From Klebsiella pneumoniae (lineage in GTDB: Bacteria; Myxococcota_A; UBA9042), in the NCBI GenBank assembly GCA_945889325.1, contig CAMDBH010000003.1, forward strand, positions 27,702 through 91,701: a DNA stretch of 64,000 bases, read 5' to 3'. The notes under the pieces are model-generated. The model did no database searches. It saw nothing but the letters and a program-made list of their open reading frames with translations, and was not told where the DNA came from. How positions within the stretch are numbered: the stretch's first letter is position 1; each line of letters starts with the position of its first letter. The position numbers were made by a program, and so were the translations under genes. Shown here piece by piece: positions 52,784 to 63,318 of this stretch.

Positions 52784-55700
52784 ATGGCACTGGGTCAGCG
52801 GGCGTTGTTGATTGTCTTTGCGCTGGCGCTGCCATTTGTCGGTTCAGCCGCCTTTGCCCGCGATAAAATTGCAAAAAAAACGGAAACCGCCGCACAGCTG
52901 GCGGCGGAAAAGCCCGATGCGCCCGACAGCGCGCTGGCCCGCGAGGCGCGCGACTATTTGCTGCACGGCAATGCCAAGGCGGCGATACGGCTGTTTGAGC
53001 AGGCAGCGTTAGGGCGCGGCGTGCCGTCGGCCAAGGGCATTTTGCCGCCGCCCGACGAGTCACCATTGACTACAAGTCATTGGACCCAAGGCGAAGCAAC
53101 CCTGTTGGCGCAAGCTTGGATGGTCGACGGGCATTACGCCGACGCGCGGCTGTTGCTCGACAAATACTTGAAAAACAAGGAGCTTGAGACGCGGCTGCTC
53201 ACAACGGTCGATCAACTCCTGCGTATGGTCGGGTCAGCGCAAGAGAGGGTGAAATGGCTGACGACCGCGGTGCAGGCCAAGCCGCGCAATCCACAACTGA
53301 CTGTTTTATTGGGTAAAGCTCTGTACGAAACCGGCAAGGACAGCCTTGCGCGCAAAGTGCTGGACGGCCTGGCCGATCGCTTTGAAGCCGATGAATTCAA
53401 AGATCTTGACGATTTGGTTGCGGTGGCGGAATCGCTCCAGCTCAATGGCTATGTCCGCGACGCCAATCGGATTTTTGAACAAGCGTCGCAAGGTGTGCAA
53501 GACGACGCCGAACGCGCGGTGATTGAACTGCGCTGGGGTCAATTGCTCGTCAGCAAGTACAACTACCGCGATGGCGACAAGGCTCTGCGCAAAGTCCTTG
53601 TTATCAATCCGCATGATCAGGACGCGCAGGTTGCCATGGCGCGCATCGATATCTTGTCGGATCACAATTTGGCTGCTGCGCGGTCGCGCTTGGACAAACT
53701 GCTCAAACAAAATCCGCGGCACTTGGATGCGCTGGCGTTGCGCGCAGAAGTCGGCTTGCACGATGAGGATTATGTCAGTGCCGGCACGTATTTGGACCGG
53801 ATTGCGCAGCAGCGCGCCGACTTTGCGCCCGGCCTGCAAGTGCGCGCGGCTTGGTGCAAATTGACCGAAAACGAGGCCTGTTTTGCCGCGGCGGTTGCGG
53901 CGCACAAAAAGCTCAATCCTGTCAATGGTCGCGCGCATTTGGTTGCCGCAGAATATTTGGAAATAAACCATCGCTACCGCGAAGCACAGGATCTTTTGCA
54001 AAATGCCCTGCAATTCCAAAGCGATTTGTGGCAAGCCCACGCGCAGTTGGGCATGGGGTTTGCGCGCATTGCCGACGACAAAAATGCCCAAAAACATTTG
54101 GAACAAGCGTATGCCGGCGATCCGTTCGATGTGCGCACAGCCAATCAGCTTTCTGTCTTGTACGACGGCGTGCTCAAGCAAATGCAGTTGCTGCCGGGCG
54201 AAAAAGCAGACCTGCGTGTGCACCGCAAGGACAAAAAGGCCTTTGAACGCACGATGTTGCCGTTCATTCAGCAGGCCGTTACGACGCTCAATGCCAAGTA
54301 CGCTTTTGAGGCCCAACGGCCGTTGCAGATTGAAATCTTTCCAGAAACCGAACAGTTCAGCGTGCGCACGGTCGGTTTGCCGCAGTTGGGGGCGCACGCG
54401 GTGTGTTTTGGCCATTTGATCACGTCGCGGTCGCCGTCTGAAGCGCCGTTTAACTGGAAAATGGTGCTGTGGCATGAACTTAGCCATGTGTATCACATTC
54501 AGGCCTCGGACGGTCGCGTGCCGCGTTGGCTGACCGAGGGGCTGGCGATGATGGAAAGCCTGTGGGCTAACCCGCGTTGGCGTCTGCAATTTGACCGCCG
54601 CGCCTATGACCGCTTGCTGGCAGGACAAATGGCGAAATTGGCCAAATTCAATTTGGCTTTTTCGCAAGCACGGACCATGCAGGACATCATGGACGCGTAT
54701 TATCAGGCGATGCTGTTGTCGCAATACCTCAACGATCGCTATGGCTTTGACAAGTTGCGTCAGCTCGTTGCGGCGTATAAGACGGGCAAAACCACGGCGC
54801 AACTGGTGCAACAACTTTTTGCCACGGAGCCGGCGCAGATAGACGCGGATTTTGCCGTGTGGTTGCGCGGCGAATTGTCGCGTTTTGACAAGGATTTTCG
54901 GCCAAATATGGCCATGGTCGCCAATGCGATGGGCTTGCCAATCGGCCAAGCAGAGGCGGACACGCCGACCGATGCCGCCGACGAGACAGCGGAAGATCAG
55001 GAGCAACCGGCGGCCAAACCGCCCGAACCGGCTGCGCCGGTTGAGCATTCGACCGCGGTGCTGGACGCCAAGCAAATGCGCGCGGTGCAAAAAGAAGTCA
55101 TTGAACTGTTGCGCAGCGGTCAGTCGCACAAGGCCACAACGTTGTTGGAAAAGACTTTTGCCGCCATGCCGAAAACGCCACCTGCGGATGCGGCGCAACT
55201 GAACGATTACTGCACTTTGCGTTATTGGCAGTTCGATTTTGCCTTGGGGGCTGGCCGGCGACCGGCCGCCGCCGAACATGCCCAAGCCCTTGTGAGCGCC
55301 GCAGGAGCGCGCTGCGATGGTGTGCGGCAGCGTCTTGTTTTGTCTTCTAAATCTCGCGCGGATGGCGATTTTGCCAACGCGGTCGCGCACCTGCTTGCGG
55401 CGCGGCGTATCGACGCCTCGGATGGCAGTGTCGCGGCAATTCTTTATGATTTAATAGAGCAATTGTCCGTCGCCATCGAAAACGGCAAACCGCCGCAGTG
55501 GCTGAACAAACTCGCCCCGAGCGGGAAGTCGAGTGATCTGAGAGACATGCTGGCGCAAATTGCCCAAGTTGAGATCACCGACATAAAGGCCGCAAAATTG
55601 TTGGCGAAAATGGCCTGGAAAGCGTGGCAAAGCGGCGAAGAAGCTGAAAAAACAGCGGCTAACAACCATTTGCAATTGGCTGCCACGATTCTGGAGGAAA

Positions 55701-55996
55701 CGGATCCGGCCTCGCGTTTGTCCGTGCTTTTTGAGGCGCGCGCAGCGGTCTCCCGCGGAAAACCTGAGACATCTTTGCCCGCTTACCGGCTTGCCGCGGA
55801 GCGTGCGCAAACGGCGGCCGAGCGCGCCGAAGCGTGGTGCGAACTGGCCGACGTTGCCGCGAAGGCCAATGCGCGCGATGATGCCGCCGAAGCCACGCGC
55901 CATTGTGTAGCCGACCGACCGCCGGAAGTGCCGAAATTGGAAAAGGAAGTTCCACGGCATTTGCCCAAAGCTGCGGAAAGTTTGCCGAGCAAATAG
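52784..55996 (+). CDS. TPR-repeat protein with peptidase-MA-like (HExxH...EGLA) zinc metalloprotease domain
   Basis: ATG at 52784 gives the signal peptide MALGQRALLIVFALALPFVGSAAFA. Multiple TPR-like helices are present. WHELSHVYH...RWLTEGLAMMES is a gluzincin signature of the Peptidase_MA_2 type. Confidence 0.75.
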   Translation: MALGQRALLIVFALALPFVGSAAFARDKIAKKTETAAQLAAEKPDAPDSALAREARDYLLHGNAKAAIRLFEQAALGRGVPSAKGILPPPDESPLTTSHWTQGEATLLAQAWMVDGHYADARLLLDKYLKNKELETRLLTTVDQLLRMVGSAQERVKWLTTAVQAKPRNPQLTVLLGKALYETGKDSLARKVLDGLADRFEADEFKDLDDLVAVAESLQLNGYVRDANRIFEQASQGVQDDAERAVIELRWGQLLVSKYNYRDGDKALRKVLVINPHDQDAQVAMARIDILSDHNLAAARSRLDKLLKQNPRHLDALALRAEVGLHDEDYVSAGTYLDRIAQQRADFAPGLQVRAAWCKLTENEACFAAAVAAHKKLNPVNGRAHLVAAEYLEINHRYREAQDLLQNALQFQSDLWQAHAQLGMGFARIADDKNAQKHLEQAYAGDPFDVRTANQLSVLYDGVLKQMQLLPGEKADLRVHRKDKKAFERTMLPFIQQAVTTLNAKYAFEAQRPLQIEIFPETEQFSVRTVGLPQLGAHAVCFGHLITSRSPSEAPFNWKMVLWHELSHVYHIQASDGRVPRWLTEGLAMMESLWANPRWRLQFDRRAYDRLLAGQMAKLAKFNLAFSQARTMQDIMDAYYQAMLLSQYLNDRYGFDKLRQLVAAYKTGKTTAQLVQQLFATEPAQIDADFAVWLRGELSRFDKDFRPNMAMVANAMGLPIGQAEADTPTDAADETAEDQEQPAAKPPEPAAPVEHSTAVLDAKQMRAVQKEVIELLRSGQSHKATTLLEKTFAAMPKTPPADAAQLNDYCTLRYWQFDFALGAGRRPAAAEHAQALVSAAGARCDGVRQRLVLSSKSRADGDFANAVAHLLAARRIDASDGSVAAILYDLIEQLSVAIENGKPPQWLNKLAPSGKSSDLRDMLAQIAQVEITDIKAAKLLAKMAWKAWQSGEEAEKTAANNHLQLAATILEETDPASRLSVLFEARAAVSRGKPETSLPAYRLAAERAQTAAERAEAWCELADVAAKANARDDAAEATRHCVADRPPEVPKLEKEVPRHLPKAAESLPSK

Positions 55997-56030
55997 CGCC
56001 GGATGTTGCACACGCTCAAAAGGAAGTTGA

Positions 56031-56759
56031 ATGGTTTTTGAAGTCTATAACCGCTGTGGATCGTGTAAGAATTTTCGCACGCAGTACACCGATCGCATGA
56101 ACCGCACCATGGGCGAATGCCACGGCAAGCCCAATCACCCGATGGTCGCCGCCCACGAATTCGGCTGCCCAGAGTACCACTTGGAACGCGACAACCTGCT
56201 GCCGGGGTCGCCGGTGCCTGACGATGCCGATGTGTCACCGCGCCAACGCGAAATGCAGCGGCGGATGCAATCCGTGCAAGCGCCGAGCCACCACCGCCAC
56301 GGCGAGGCACCGGCGCGGGCACCGCGGGTGGAAAGGCGCCGCGACGACGATGACGAATTGCCCCCGAAAATTACCAAGATCCCTTTGCAGATAAGCGAAG
56401 ATGGCCAGGAGAACAGCATGGATCGCGCAGCCTTGAAGTCGATTTTGGCAGAAGTGTTGGATGAGGCGTTGGGCCTTTCGGATACCCCGCTACATCCGCG
56501 ATTTCGCGGTGGAAAGGTGATGGTACATCCGGGAAATCCGGATTTGCAGGCCAAGGAAATTGAAATCGACGGGCTGTTTCGCAAAATCGTCAGCATGCGC
56601 GATAAGTTGCGGGTGCTGGAGCAGAAGATCAACGCGTCGGATAAGCTGGATAGTCAGGACAAAGTGCAGATTCAGCAATACATTACGGGGTGTTATGGGT
56701 CGCTGACGAGTTTTAATTTTCTGTTTAAGGACAGAGAAGATTGGTTTGTCGGGCAGTGA
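56031..56759 (+). CDS. Conserved hypothetical protein with N-terminal Cys4 zinc-ribbon-like motif
   Basis: AGGAAG RBS. NRCGSCKNF...GECHG...FGCPEY. The C-terminal block FRGGKVMVHPGNPDLQAKEIEIDGLFRKIVSMRDKLRVLEQKI resembles a block conserved in Myxococcota; this is from memory, not verified. Confidence 0.6.
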   Translation: MVFEVYNRCGSCKNFRTQYTDRMNRTMGECHGKPNHPMVAAHEFGCPEYHLERDNLLPGSPVPDDADVSPRQREMQRRMQSVQAPSHHRHGEAPARAPRVERRRDDDDELPPKITKIPLQISEDGQENSMDRAALKSILAEVLDEALGLSDTPLHPRFRGGKVMVHPGNPDLQAKEIEIDGLFRKIVSMRDKLRVLEQKINASDKLDSQDKVQIQQYITGCYGSLTSFNFLFKDREDWFVGQ

Positions 56760-56821
56760 CTTGCAGACAGGTGGCTTTTGCCCTGCTGGCGGCTTTTGCC
56801 TTTTGCACGGCGCGTGCAGCG

Positions 56822-59479
56822 CTAAAGCCCAGTCGGGCTCTCAGCCTTCAACCCATCAATTGCGAGATTGTCGCGCAGCCGCTCCGCCGCCGAGCCGCGG
56901 TTTTCCACCTGTTTCCACAACCGCATCACCGTCGGATCGTCGGCGTGCTTGACGTGAACCCGTTCCAGCACATCGTGCGCTTCATCAAATAAATCCAGGT
57001 GCACCAAGCAATTGGCCAAAATGAGCGTCGCCTCCAGTTGGTTCCCTTCCGCCACCAAGCCTTGTGCCGTCCGCGCGGCATCCAGTGCTTCATCGACGCG
57101 GCCCATTTGATATTTTGCGCGCGCGATTTGCATCCAGTAATACCCTGCGGTGTTGGTGTTTTCGAACATTTGCTTGCGCTGCGTCTGAATAAATTCCAAA
57201 GCGTCGCTAGGTCGATTCGCTTGTAAAATTGCGTTCATCGCGCCGTAACATGCGTCGGCATTGCCGGGCGTTGTATCGCAAACTTGGCGAAACATGTGAA
57301 AGGCTTCATAGGGGCGGCCGGCGGCAGCGCGCAATTCGCCCTCGAGCATGTAGCCCTCGAGGCGGGTCGCGGGGTCAGACATCAAGTCGCCGGCGATCTT
57401 GCGGGCCGGTTTGAGCAAGCCGCGTTTGACGTAAAGCGATCCGCGGGCGGCGTCGATGCCAAAGTGGCGGGATGGAAAGCGTTTACGCAGATCCATGGCC
57501 ACTTTTTCCACCAGATCGGGGCGCTTCGCCACCAACAGTTCGATGCCGATTTGATAACTGTACTCGGCCAGTTCGGGCACGACAGCCGCCAACACGTCGG
57601 CGCCAATGCCCGCGCGCGTGCACAAGTTGATCGCGCGCCGCATCATCTCGGGATCAAAGTGAATCAGCCAAGCGAGATCCTCCTTCGCGCCGCGGGTGTC
57701 CTGCACCTCCAGACGGGTAGCAAAACGAAACAAATGCGCGTGCTTGCTATCGGGTCGCAGCACCACCGCGCGATCGAACAGGGCAAGCGCTTGCTTCTTG
57801 TCGTGTGCTTCTAGGGCCTTGCGCCCCAAAATGTAAAACGCGTGGTGGTCATGGAGGTACCATTTTGCAGTTATTTCACGCGCTTGTGCCATCGGCAGAT
57901 CGGTCAAGTTCGCATTGTCATTGCGACTGAGGGCCACACTAGCCCGCGCCAGCATCCAACCCGTCCCGGCCACGACGACACCGGCAACCGCCATCAGGAT
58001 CTTATGATTGCGCCGCAGACGCCATGGCTTTTTGCGAGATTCCGCCGACGGCGGCAGCACCCGATCGAGGCTAGTCGCAACGACAATGAACGGCAGAAGG
58101 CCGCCTGCCAATTCCATAGAAAAATCGGCAAGGTTCGCCAAAAGCAGCGTGCACGTACTGACGAGCAGCGCAGGTGCCGCTTCGACACGGTTCCAACGCT
58201 GCACCACCTGCCACAGTTGCCACAGCACCGCGCCGATGAACAGCAGACCTAGAGGCCAACCGCTGTCCAAAATTCGCTGCATCGCCATGTTTTCGGCAAA
58301 ATCGACGCGGGCAGTGCTAAAAAGCGGGTCAGTTCCGGCGATAACCGGCAAACTACCCGCGCCGACACCGAACAGCGGATTGGCCACGAGCAGACCCGCC
58401 GTTTTGCGAAACGCGACAAACTTAGCCATCTTGTTGGCATCTGTGCCACCGAACTCCTGATCCATGGCTGGCAGCGCGACAATGGCGCCGAGCAGCGCGA
58501 CACTGACCGCCAAGGCCAGCAGTCGGCGTTGGGCCTTGACGAGTTTTTCGCGCGGATCGATGCGCCTGGTCTCGGGCGGACGCGGCAGGGTAAAGACGGT
58601 CATGGCCAACATGAAGCCAAGGGTCAAGATGCCGCCGCGAGAGGGAATCAACATCACGCACAAACTTAGGGCCAAGCACACTGTGACGTACACCGTTTGC
58701 CAGCGCACAGTTGAAGCGTGAATCACGCGGCCGAGCGACAGAGCAATGGCGATATTCACCAGCCCGGACTGACTGTTGGGATTGATGAACGTGAAATGCA
58801 CCAAAAGATTGCGCAAACTCTGGGGCACATAGTCGGCTAATTCGGGCTGGTGCACGCAAAGCCAGAACCATTGAGAAACGCTAATTAAAACTACAAGCAT
58901 CGCCCGAGCGCGATCGACAAGGAAGCGGCCGTTACTGCCCATGAACACGGTCGCCAACAAGATACCCGTGAGGCCAGCCAACAGCATCAGCGCGGCCTGG
59001 ATCGCGCCATCACTGGGCGCTAGCGTCATAGGCAGCCAGTCAAGCACCGGTAAATTCAAAGCTTTTCGACTTGCATCGGCCATTTCAACCGCGCGCGGGT
59101 GCAACAAACGCACAAGGCCGCGCGGCAGGGGCGCGGCTTGCACAAGCGACCAAATGCCTAAGCCTAACCAAATCCACGCAAATCGGATGCGCGGCGGCTT
59201 GTGTGGCAGCGCTGGAATGGCGAAAAGCCAAGCGAGTGCAACCAAAACAAAGCAGGTGATAAGCGCGGGAAGCGAAACGCCACCCTGCCACATCAGCGCC
59301 GTCGCCACAGCCACGAGCAGCAGAACCCGCGAAATCCAGCGAAAAACCCGACGCATCCGACTGTCATTGGCGTCAAACAGCACGCCCGAAGCGGCACCGG
59401 ACCCGTGGCGTTTGCGCTCACCGTCTGGCGACTCGGCGGATGCGGCGTCGTCTTGCAGCAAGTCGTCGTCGTCGCTCAA
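56822..59479 (-). CDS. O-antigen ligase (Wzy_C)-like polytopic membrane protein fused to C-terminal TPR repeats
   Basis: TTG start with GAGG 6 nt upstream. More than 10 TM segments. LIPSRGGILTLGFMLAM is Wzy_C-like. The C-terminal half has TPR-like helices (ALALFDRAVVLRPDS...). Confidence 0.75.
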   Translation of the reverse strand: MSDDDDLLQDDAASAESPDGERKRHGSGAASGVLFDANDSRMRRVFRWISRVLLLVAVATALMWQGGVSLPALITCFVLVALAWLFAIPALPHKPPRIRFAWIWLGLGIWSLVQAAPLPRGLVRLLHPRAVEMADASRKALNLPVLDWLPMTLAPSDGAIQAALMLLAGLTGILLATVFMGSNGRFLVDRARAMLVVLISVSQWFWLCVHQPELADYVPQSLRNLLVHFTFINPNSQSGLVNIAIALSLGRVIHASTVRWQTVYVTVCLALSLCVMLIPSRGGILTLGFMLAMTVFTLPRPPETRRIDPREKLVKAQRRLLALAVSVALLGAIVALPAMDQEFGGTDANKMAKFVAFRKTAGLLVANPLFGVGAGSLPVIAGTDPLFSTARVDFAENMAMQRILDSGWPLGLLFIGAVLWQLWQVVQRWNRVEAAPALLVSTCTLLLANLADFSMELAGGLLPFIVVATSLDRVLPPSAESRKKPWRLRRNHKILMAVAGVVVAGTGWMLARASVALSRNDNANLTDLPMAQAREITAKWYLHDHHAFYILGRKALEAHDKKQALALFDRAVVLRPDSKHAHLFRFATRLEVQDTRGAKEDLAWLIHFDPEMMRRAINLCTRAGIGADVLAAVVPELAEYSYQIGIELLVAKRPDLVEKVAMDLRKRFPSRHFGIDAARGSLYVKRGLLKPARKIAGDLMSDPATRLEGYMLEGELRAAAGRPYEAFHMFRQVCDTTPGNADACYGAMNAILQANRPSDALEFIQTQRKQMFENTNTAGYYWMQIARAKYQMGRVDEALDAARTAQGLVAEGNQLEATLILANCLVHLDLFDEAHDVLERVHVKHADDPTVMRLWKQVENRGSAAERLRDNLAIDGLKAESPTGL

Positions 59480-59531
59480 ACCGGACCTCGTGGACTGTTT
59501 TCAAAATGGGCTTGCACAATCGACCACGGCC

Positions 59532-60176
59532 TTAGGTTGGTACCTTGGCCCAATCTTTGAGGAATTGTTCATTGCCGCGATCCGTGAGCGGATGGTTGAA
59601 CAACCCGTCCAGCACGCCAAACGGCACCGTGCACACGTGGGCACCCATTTTGGCCGCGTTCAAAATGTGCACCGGATTGCGCACCGACGCGACCAACACT
59701 TGGGTGGTATAACCGTAATTGCGATAGATTTGAACAATATCTTCAATAACTTTCATACCATCCCAGCCCGTGTCGTCCAAGCGACCGACAAATGGGCTGA
59801 TGTAAGTGGCGCCGGCCTTGGCGGCCAGAATCGCTTGGTTGGCCGAAAAACACAGGGTTACATTGGTTTTGAAACCTTCATCGGTCAGCGTCTTGCAAGC
59901 CGCGATGCCCTCACGCGTCAACGGCAACTTGATGACCACTTGTGGCCCCTCTGCTGCCAGCGCCCTGCCTTGACGCAGCATGCCTTCGTACGTCATATCC
60001 GTGACTTCTAGCGACACTGGCCCCTTGACCATGGCCAAGATTTCGGCCTTGACGTCGTCAAAACGCCGGCCGGTTTTGGCGACCAGCGACGGGTTGGTCG
60101 TCACGCCATCCAGGATACCCCAAGCTAGGGCTTTGCGAATTTCATCGACGTTGGCCGTATCTACAAAAAATTTCAT
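59532..60176 (-). CDS. fsa: Fructose-6-phosphate aldolase / short transaldolase (TalC/Fsa type)
   Basis: [32 protein letters not shown]. Schiff-base Lys context VVIKLP. 214 aa. Confidence 0.9.
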   Translation of the reverse strand: MKFFVDTANVDEIRKALAWGILDGVTTNPSLVAKTGRRFDDVKAEILAMVKGPVSLEVTDMTYEGMLRQGRALAAEGPQVVIKLPLTREGIAACKTLTDEGFKTNVTLCFSANQAILAAKAGATYISPFVGRLDDTGWDGMKVIEDIVQIYRNYGYTTQVLVASVRNPVHILNAAKMGAHVCTVPFGVLDGLFNHPLTDRGNEQFLKDWAKVPT

Positions 60177-60256
60177 CGGGGGCCCCGCGTTGCCATCGGT
60201 TTGAAAAAACCGATTTGTTGAGTTGCCGCTGTGGCGGCAAAAGTTGATTTCTTTCG

Positions 60257-61540
60257 CTACTGACTACTTTTCCAGAACAAGAATCCAGCAATCGCTGCCA
60301 GAACCACCAGCACGCTGCCCACCGCCAGCCATTTACCGGTGCTTTTGGCTTTGACGGCTTTGATCGGGGCCAACCTTGAAATCGTTGAACCTTCCAAGCG
60401 GTCGGCCAGTGAGCCGCCAGCCCCAGAATCGCTCATCTCGTCGAGTGGCACCTCGGAAAGGCGTTCCAGTAGGCGGGCGACGCCCATCTTGGACACGCTT
60501 TTTGCTTTCAAATCTTCAGGCCGCAAGGGCACTTGGCCAACCGTTAGGTCGAGGTTGCCGACCAAAGCCTGTTCCTCCATCTCAGCGCGCAGAAGGGTCG
60601 GAATGTCGACGATGATCGTTTCACTTGAATCGTCCAGTCCCCGCAGCCATGCCGCCAAATCCGCTGAAGTCACACGCAAATTGTGCTTGAACAGAAACGC
60701 CGCCAGTTCCTGTTCCATTTCGCGCGCGCTTTGGTATCGCCGTTTGGGGTTTTTCGCCAACGCGCGCAGCAAGATCTTGTCGAGTTCGGGGTCAATTTCG
60801 CCGCGCAGGCTCGACGGTTTGGGGATCTCACCCTTGCGGACTAACTCTATGGTATCATTGTCAGTTTTTCCGGTGAACAGGCGGCGACCGCACAGCATTT
60901 CCCACAAAATGATGCCGCTTGAGTAGATGTCGGCGCGGGGATCGACTTCTTTGCCTTCCACGACTTCAGGCGATAGGTAGGCAAATTTGCCTTTGACCAT
61001 GCCGGCATCGCTAATTTGCAAGTTACTGGTCGCGCGCGCTAGGCCAAAATCGGTCAGCTTTACTTCACCTTGTTTGGACAGCAGCACATTTGGCGGCGAC
61101 ACATCGCGGTGAATAATCCCCAGCGATTTGCCATCTGCGCCTGTCTTTTCATGGGCATAGGCCAGCGCCTTGCAAAGTTCCATCGCCAAAAAGCACGCGA
61201 TCGCCAACGGAAACTGGGCATTTTGATCAATCGAACGCTGCATGATGCGGCGCAAATTGGAGCCCTCGATCATCTCCATGGTGATAAAATAGCTGTCGTC
61301 TACCTTGCCGATGTCAAAAATTTGAACAATATTACCGTGATTTAGCTGCATCGACAGACGCGCTTCATCCAAGAACATCGATACAAATTTTTGATCTTGG
61401 CACAGTGACGGCAAAATCCGCTTAATTGCTACAATTTTCTCAAAACCTTCGATCGACATGGCCGCACCGCGGTAAATCTCCGCCATGCCGCCCGCATCGA
61501 TTTTTTCAATAATGCGGTATCGTTGGTGAACCGAAGCCAT
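60257..61540 (-). CDS. Ser/Thr protein kinase with C-terminal membrane anchor
   Basis: ATG at 61540 after [34 protein letters not shown] and YLSPE motifs are present. Tail TM: [20 protein letters not shown]. Confidence 0.9.
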   Translation of the reverse strand: MASVHQRYRIIEKIDAGGMAEIYRGAAMSIEGFEKIVAIKRILPSLCQDQKFVSMFLDEARLSMQLNHGNIVQIFDIGKVDDSYFITMEMIEGSNLRRIMQRSIDQNAQFPLAIACFLAMELCKALAYAHEKTGADGKSLGIIHRDVSPPNVLLSKQGEVKLTDFGLARATSNLQISDAGMVKGKFAYLSPEVVEGKEVDPRADIYSSGIILWEMLCGRRLFTGKTDNDTIELVRKGEIPKPSSLRGEIDPELDKILLRALAKNPKRRYQSAREMEQELAAFLFKHNLRVTSADLAAWLRGLDDSSETIIVDIPTLLRAEMEEQALVGNLDLTVGQVPLRPEDLKAKSVSKMGVARLLERLSEVPLDEMSDSGAGGSLADRLEGSTISRLAPIKAVKAKSTGKWLAVGSVLVVLAAIAGFLFWKSSQ

Positions 61541-61582
61541 GCATCCTTGCGCCGACCCTTCCAAGAGCCGCAGCGCGCGAGT

Positions 61583-63304
61583 ATGGTGCGAAATGGCCGC
61601 CATTGCAAAGCGCTTGGGCCATATGATTTGAACAAGGATTTCTCGACCGTGCTCCACCGTTGGATTGTGGCTATCGTCGCGCTGCTGCTGGCACAACCGT
61701 GCTTGGCGCAAGGTGTTTCGCTCGGGCACGGCGATCGGACAGCCAGCCTGTACCGCGATCTGCTCAAACTCGACGAAGGTGGGCATCCGCTGCTGCCGGT
61801 GTCAGTGCTTAGCAATCTCGATAAGTTGGAGGTTTCGGCCAGCGGCGGCGTACGCATTTTGGGCACGGGCGACGGCAGTGTCGAAGCGCGGGTGCCGTCG
61901 CCGGTGGAAGTCAGCGCAATTGCCCAAAAAACCGGCGTATTTCAATACTTTGTCGTACTCGGGCGCGCGCCCGCGTACGATTTCGCGACGCTTTTGCGCG
62001 TAAAAAATCAGTGGAAAGAACGGGCCATCGCGGTCAAAACCCTATCGTCGGGAACGACTTATAGTTTGGCGGGGCATAATTTTGACACAAAAATCACGCT
62101 CATCTGCTTGGATCTTTCTTTTGCCAGCGACGCCGAAGCCCAGCAACGGGTGGCTGATCTGACCAAGCTTTATCCCAACGATGAATTGGCCGTGCACGCT
62201 GTGGTCGAATCGCCACCGCAAGCCACACTTATCGCGCGCGCTGGCGGCAGTGAAATTCGCGCGGCCGACGTGTTGTGGTTTGAAAGTGTGGGCAAAAATG
62301 CGTTGCACATCGTCGGCAACGGCAAGTCGGGGCGTCGCGAATTGGAACTACCCGGCCGCATTTACGTTGTGCCGGGCCAGAGCGGCTTGGAAGTCGTCAA
62401 TGAGGCGGAACTGGAAAAAATGCTGGAAGGCGTTGTGGCTTCAGAAATTTTTCTGAGCGCCCCTGACGCGGCCCTGCGGGCCCAGGCGGTTGCAGCGCGT
62501 ACGGACATGTTGGCCAAAGTTGGCACTCGGCATGTTACTGATCCGTATGCGATTTGCAGTGAAGTGCACTGTCAAGCCTACCACGGCATGGGCAAGGTCA
62601 ATCCGCGCATTTCGCAGGCGGTGCAAGACACCCGCGGTTTGGTGATGGTCGACGCCGAAGGCCATTTGGTCGACGCGTACTACCACGCCGTCTCGGGCGG
62701 ACACACGGAAAACAATGAAAATGCCTGGCCCGGCAGGCCGCAAGTCGCGCTGCGCGGCCGCGCCGACTTGCAAGACGGCGCCGCGGACTTGTTGGCCCAA
62801 GGCGCGACCGATGAGGCCGTTGCGGCACTTTTGGCAAGCAAAGACAGCAGTTGGGCCGCGGCGTCGGGGCAAAATGCCGAAGCTTGCCGTTGGACGACCG
62901 AAAAAACCGCGCAGGAAATCCAGCATTCGCTGCAAGGCTATGGCGTAAGCAAGCCTGTCGCGGCCATTCGTGTGTTAGCCCGCGGTGTTTCAGGGCGGGC
63001 CACGCTGGTTGAACTGACCTTGCAAGACCAGAGCAAAGTCGACATTGCCGGTGAACTGCGCATTCGCAAAGCCTTGGGCGGCTCGGCCGGTCCCAAAGGG
63101 CTGCGTTCGTCGCTATTTTTGGTCAAGGCTGGGCCGATCGCCAGCAAAGGTGTGCCCGACAAATGGATTTTCAGCGGTGCCGGCTTTGGCCATGGCGTCG
63201 GCATGGATCAAACCGGTGCTTTTGGCCGCGCCAAGGCCGGTCAGGATTTTCGCCAAATTCTGCAATATTATTATGCAAATTCGAAAATCGAAAAGTTGTA
63301 TTAG
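61583..63304 (+). CDS. SpoIID/LytB domain-containing protein (secreted)
   Basis: Signal peptide ...[36 protein letters not shown] and [20 protein letters not shown] are SpoIID signatures. The start is uncertain (ATG 61583 or GTG 61649). Confidence 0.8.
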   Translation: MVRNGRHCKALGPYDLNKDFSTVLHRWIVAIVALLLAQPCLAQGVSLGHGDRTASLYRDLLKLDEGGHPLLPVSVLSNLDKLEVSASGGVRILGTGDGSVEARVPSPVEVSAIAQKTGVFQYFVVLGRAPAYDFATLLRVKNQWKERAIAVKTLSSGTTYSLAGHNFDTKITLICLDLSFASDAEAQQRVADLTKLYPNDELAVHAVVESPPQATLIARAGGSEIRAADVLWFESVGKNALHIVGNGKSGRRELELPGRIYVVPGQSGLEVVNEAELEKMLEGVVASEIFLSAPDAALRAQAVAARTDMLAKVGTRHVTDPYAICSEVHCQAYHGMGKVNPRISQAVQDTRGLVMVDAEGHLVDAYYHAVSGGHTENNENAWPGRPQVALRGRADLQDGAADLLAQGATDEAVAALLASKDSSWAAASGQNAEACRWTTEKTAQEIQHSLQGYGVSKPVAAIRVLARGVSGRATLVELTLQDQSKVDIAGELRIRKALGGSAGPKGLRSSLFLVKAGPIASKGVPDKWIFSGAGFGHGVGMDQTGAFGRAKAGQDFRQILQYYYANSKIEKLY

Positions 63305-63318
63305 CGAGGGGCGTTCGG

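Noticed and set aside
53306-55390. 694-aa minus-strand ORF.
   Set aside because: It is antisense to the TPR/metalloprotease gene, which has a signal peptide, TPR helices and an HExxH motif. The antisense product is R/Q/F-rich with no motifs.
58941-60011. 356-aa + strand ORF overlapping the O-antigen-ligase-like gene and the aldolase gene.
   Set aside because: It is antisense to two well-supported minus-strand genes.
7232-61786. Long N-terminal extensions of track ORFs (starts at 7232, 15400, 19295, 19391, 23144, 32438, 43660, 47403, 47840, 52721 and 61786).
   Set aside because: In each case an internal ATG/GTG preceded by a GGAG-like RBS yields a canonical signal peptide, lipobox or family-typical N-terminus. 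The upstream extension is Arg/Cys-rich and overlaps neighbouring genes or intergenic DNA.
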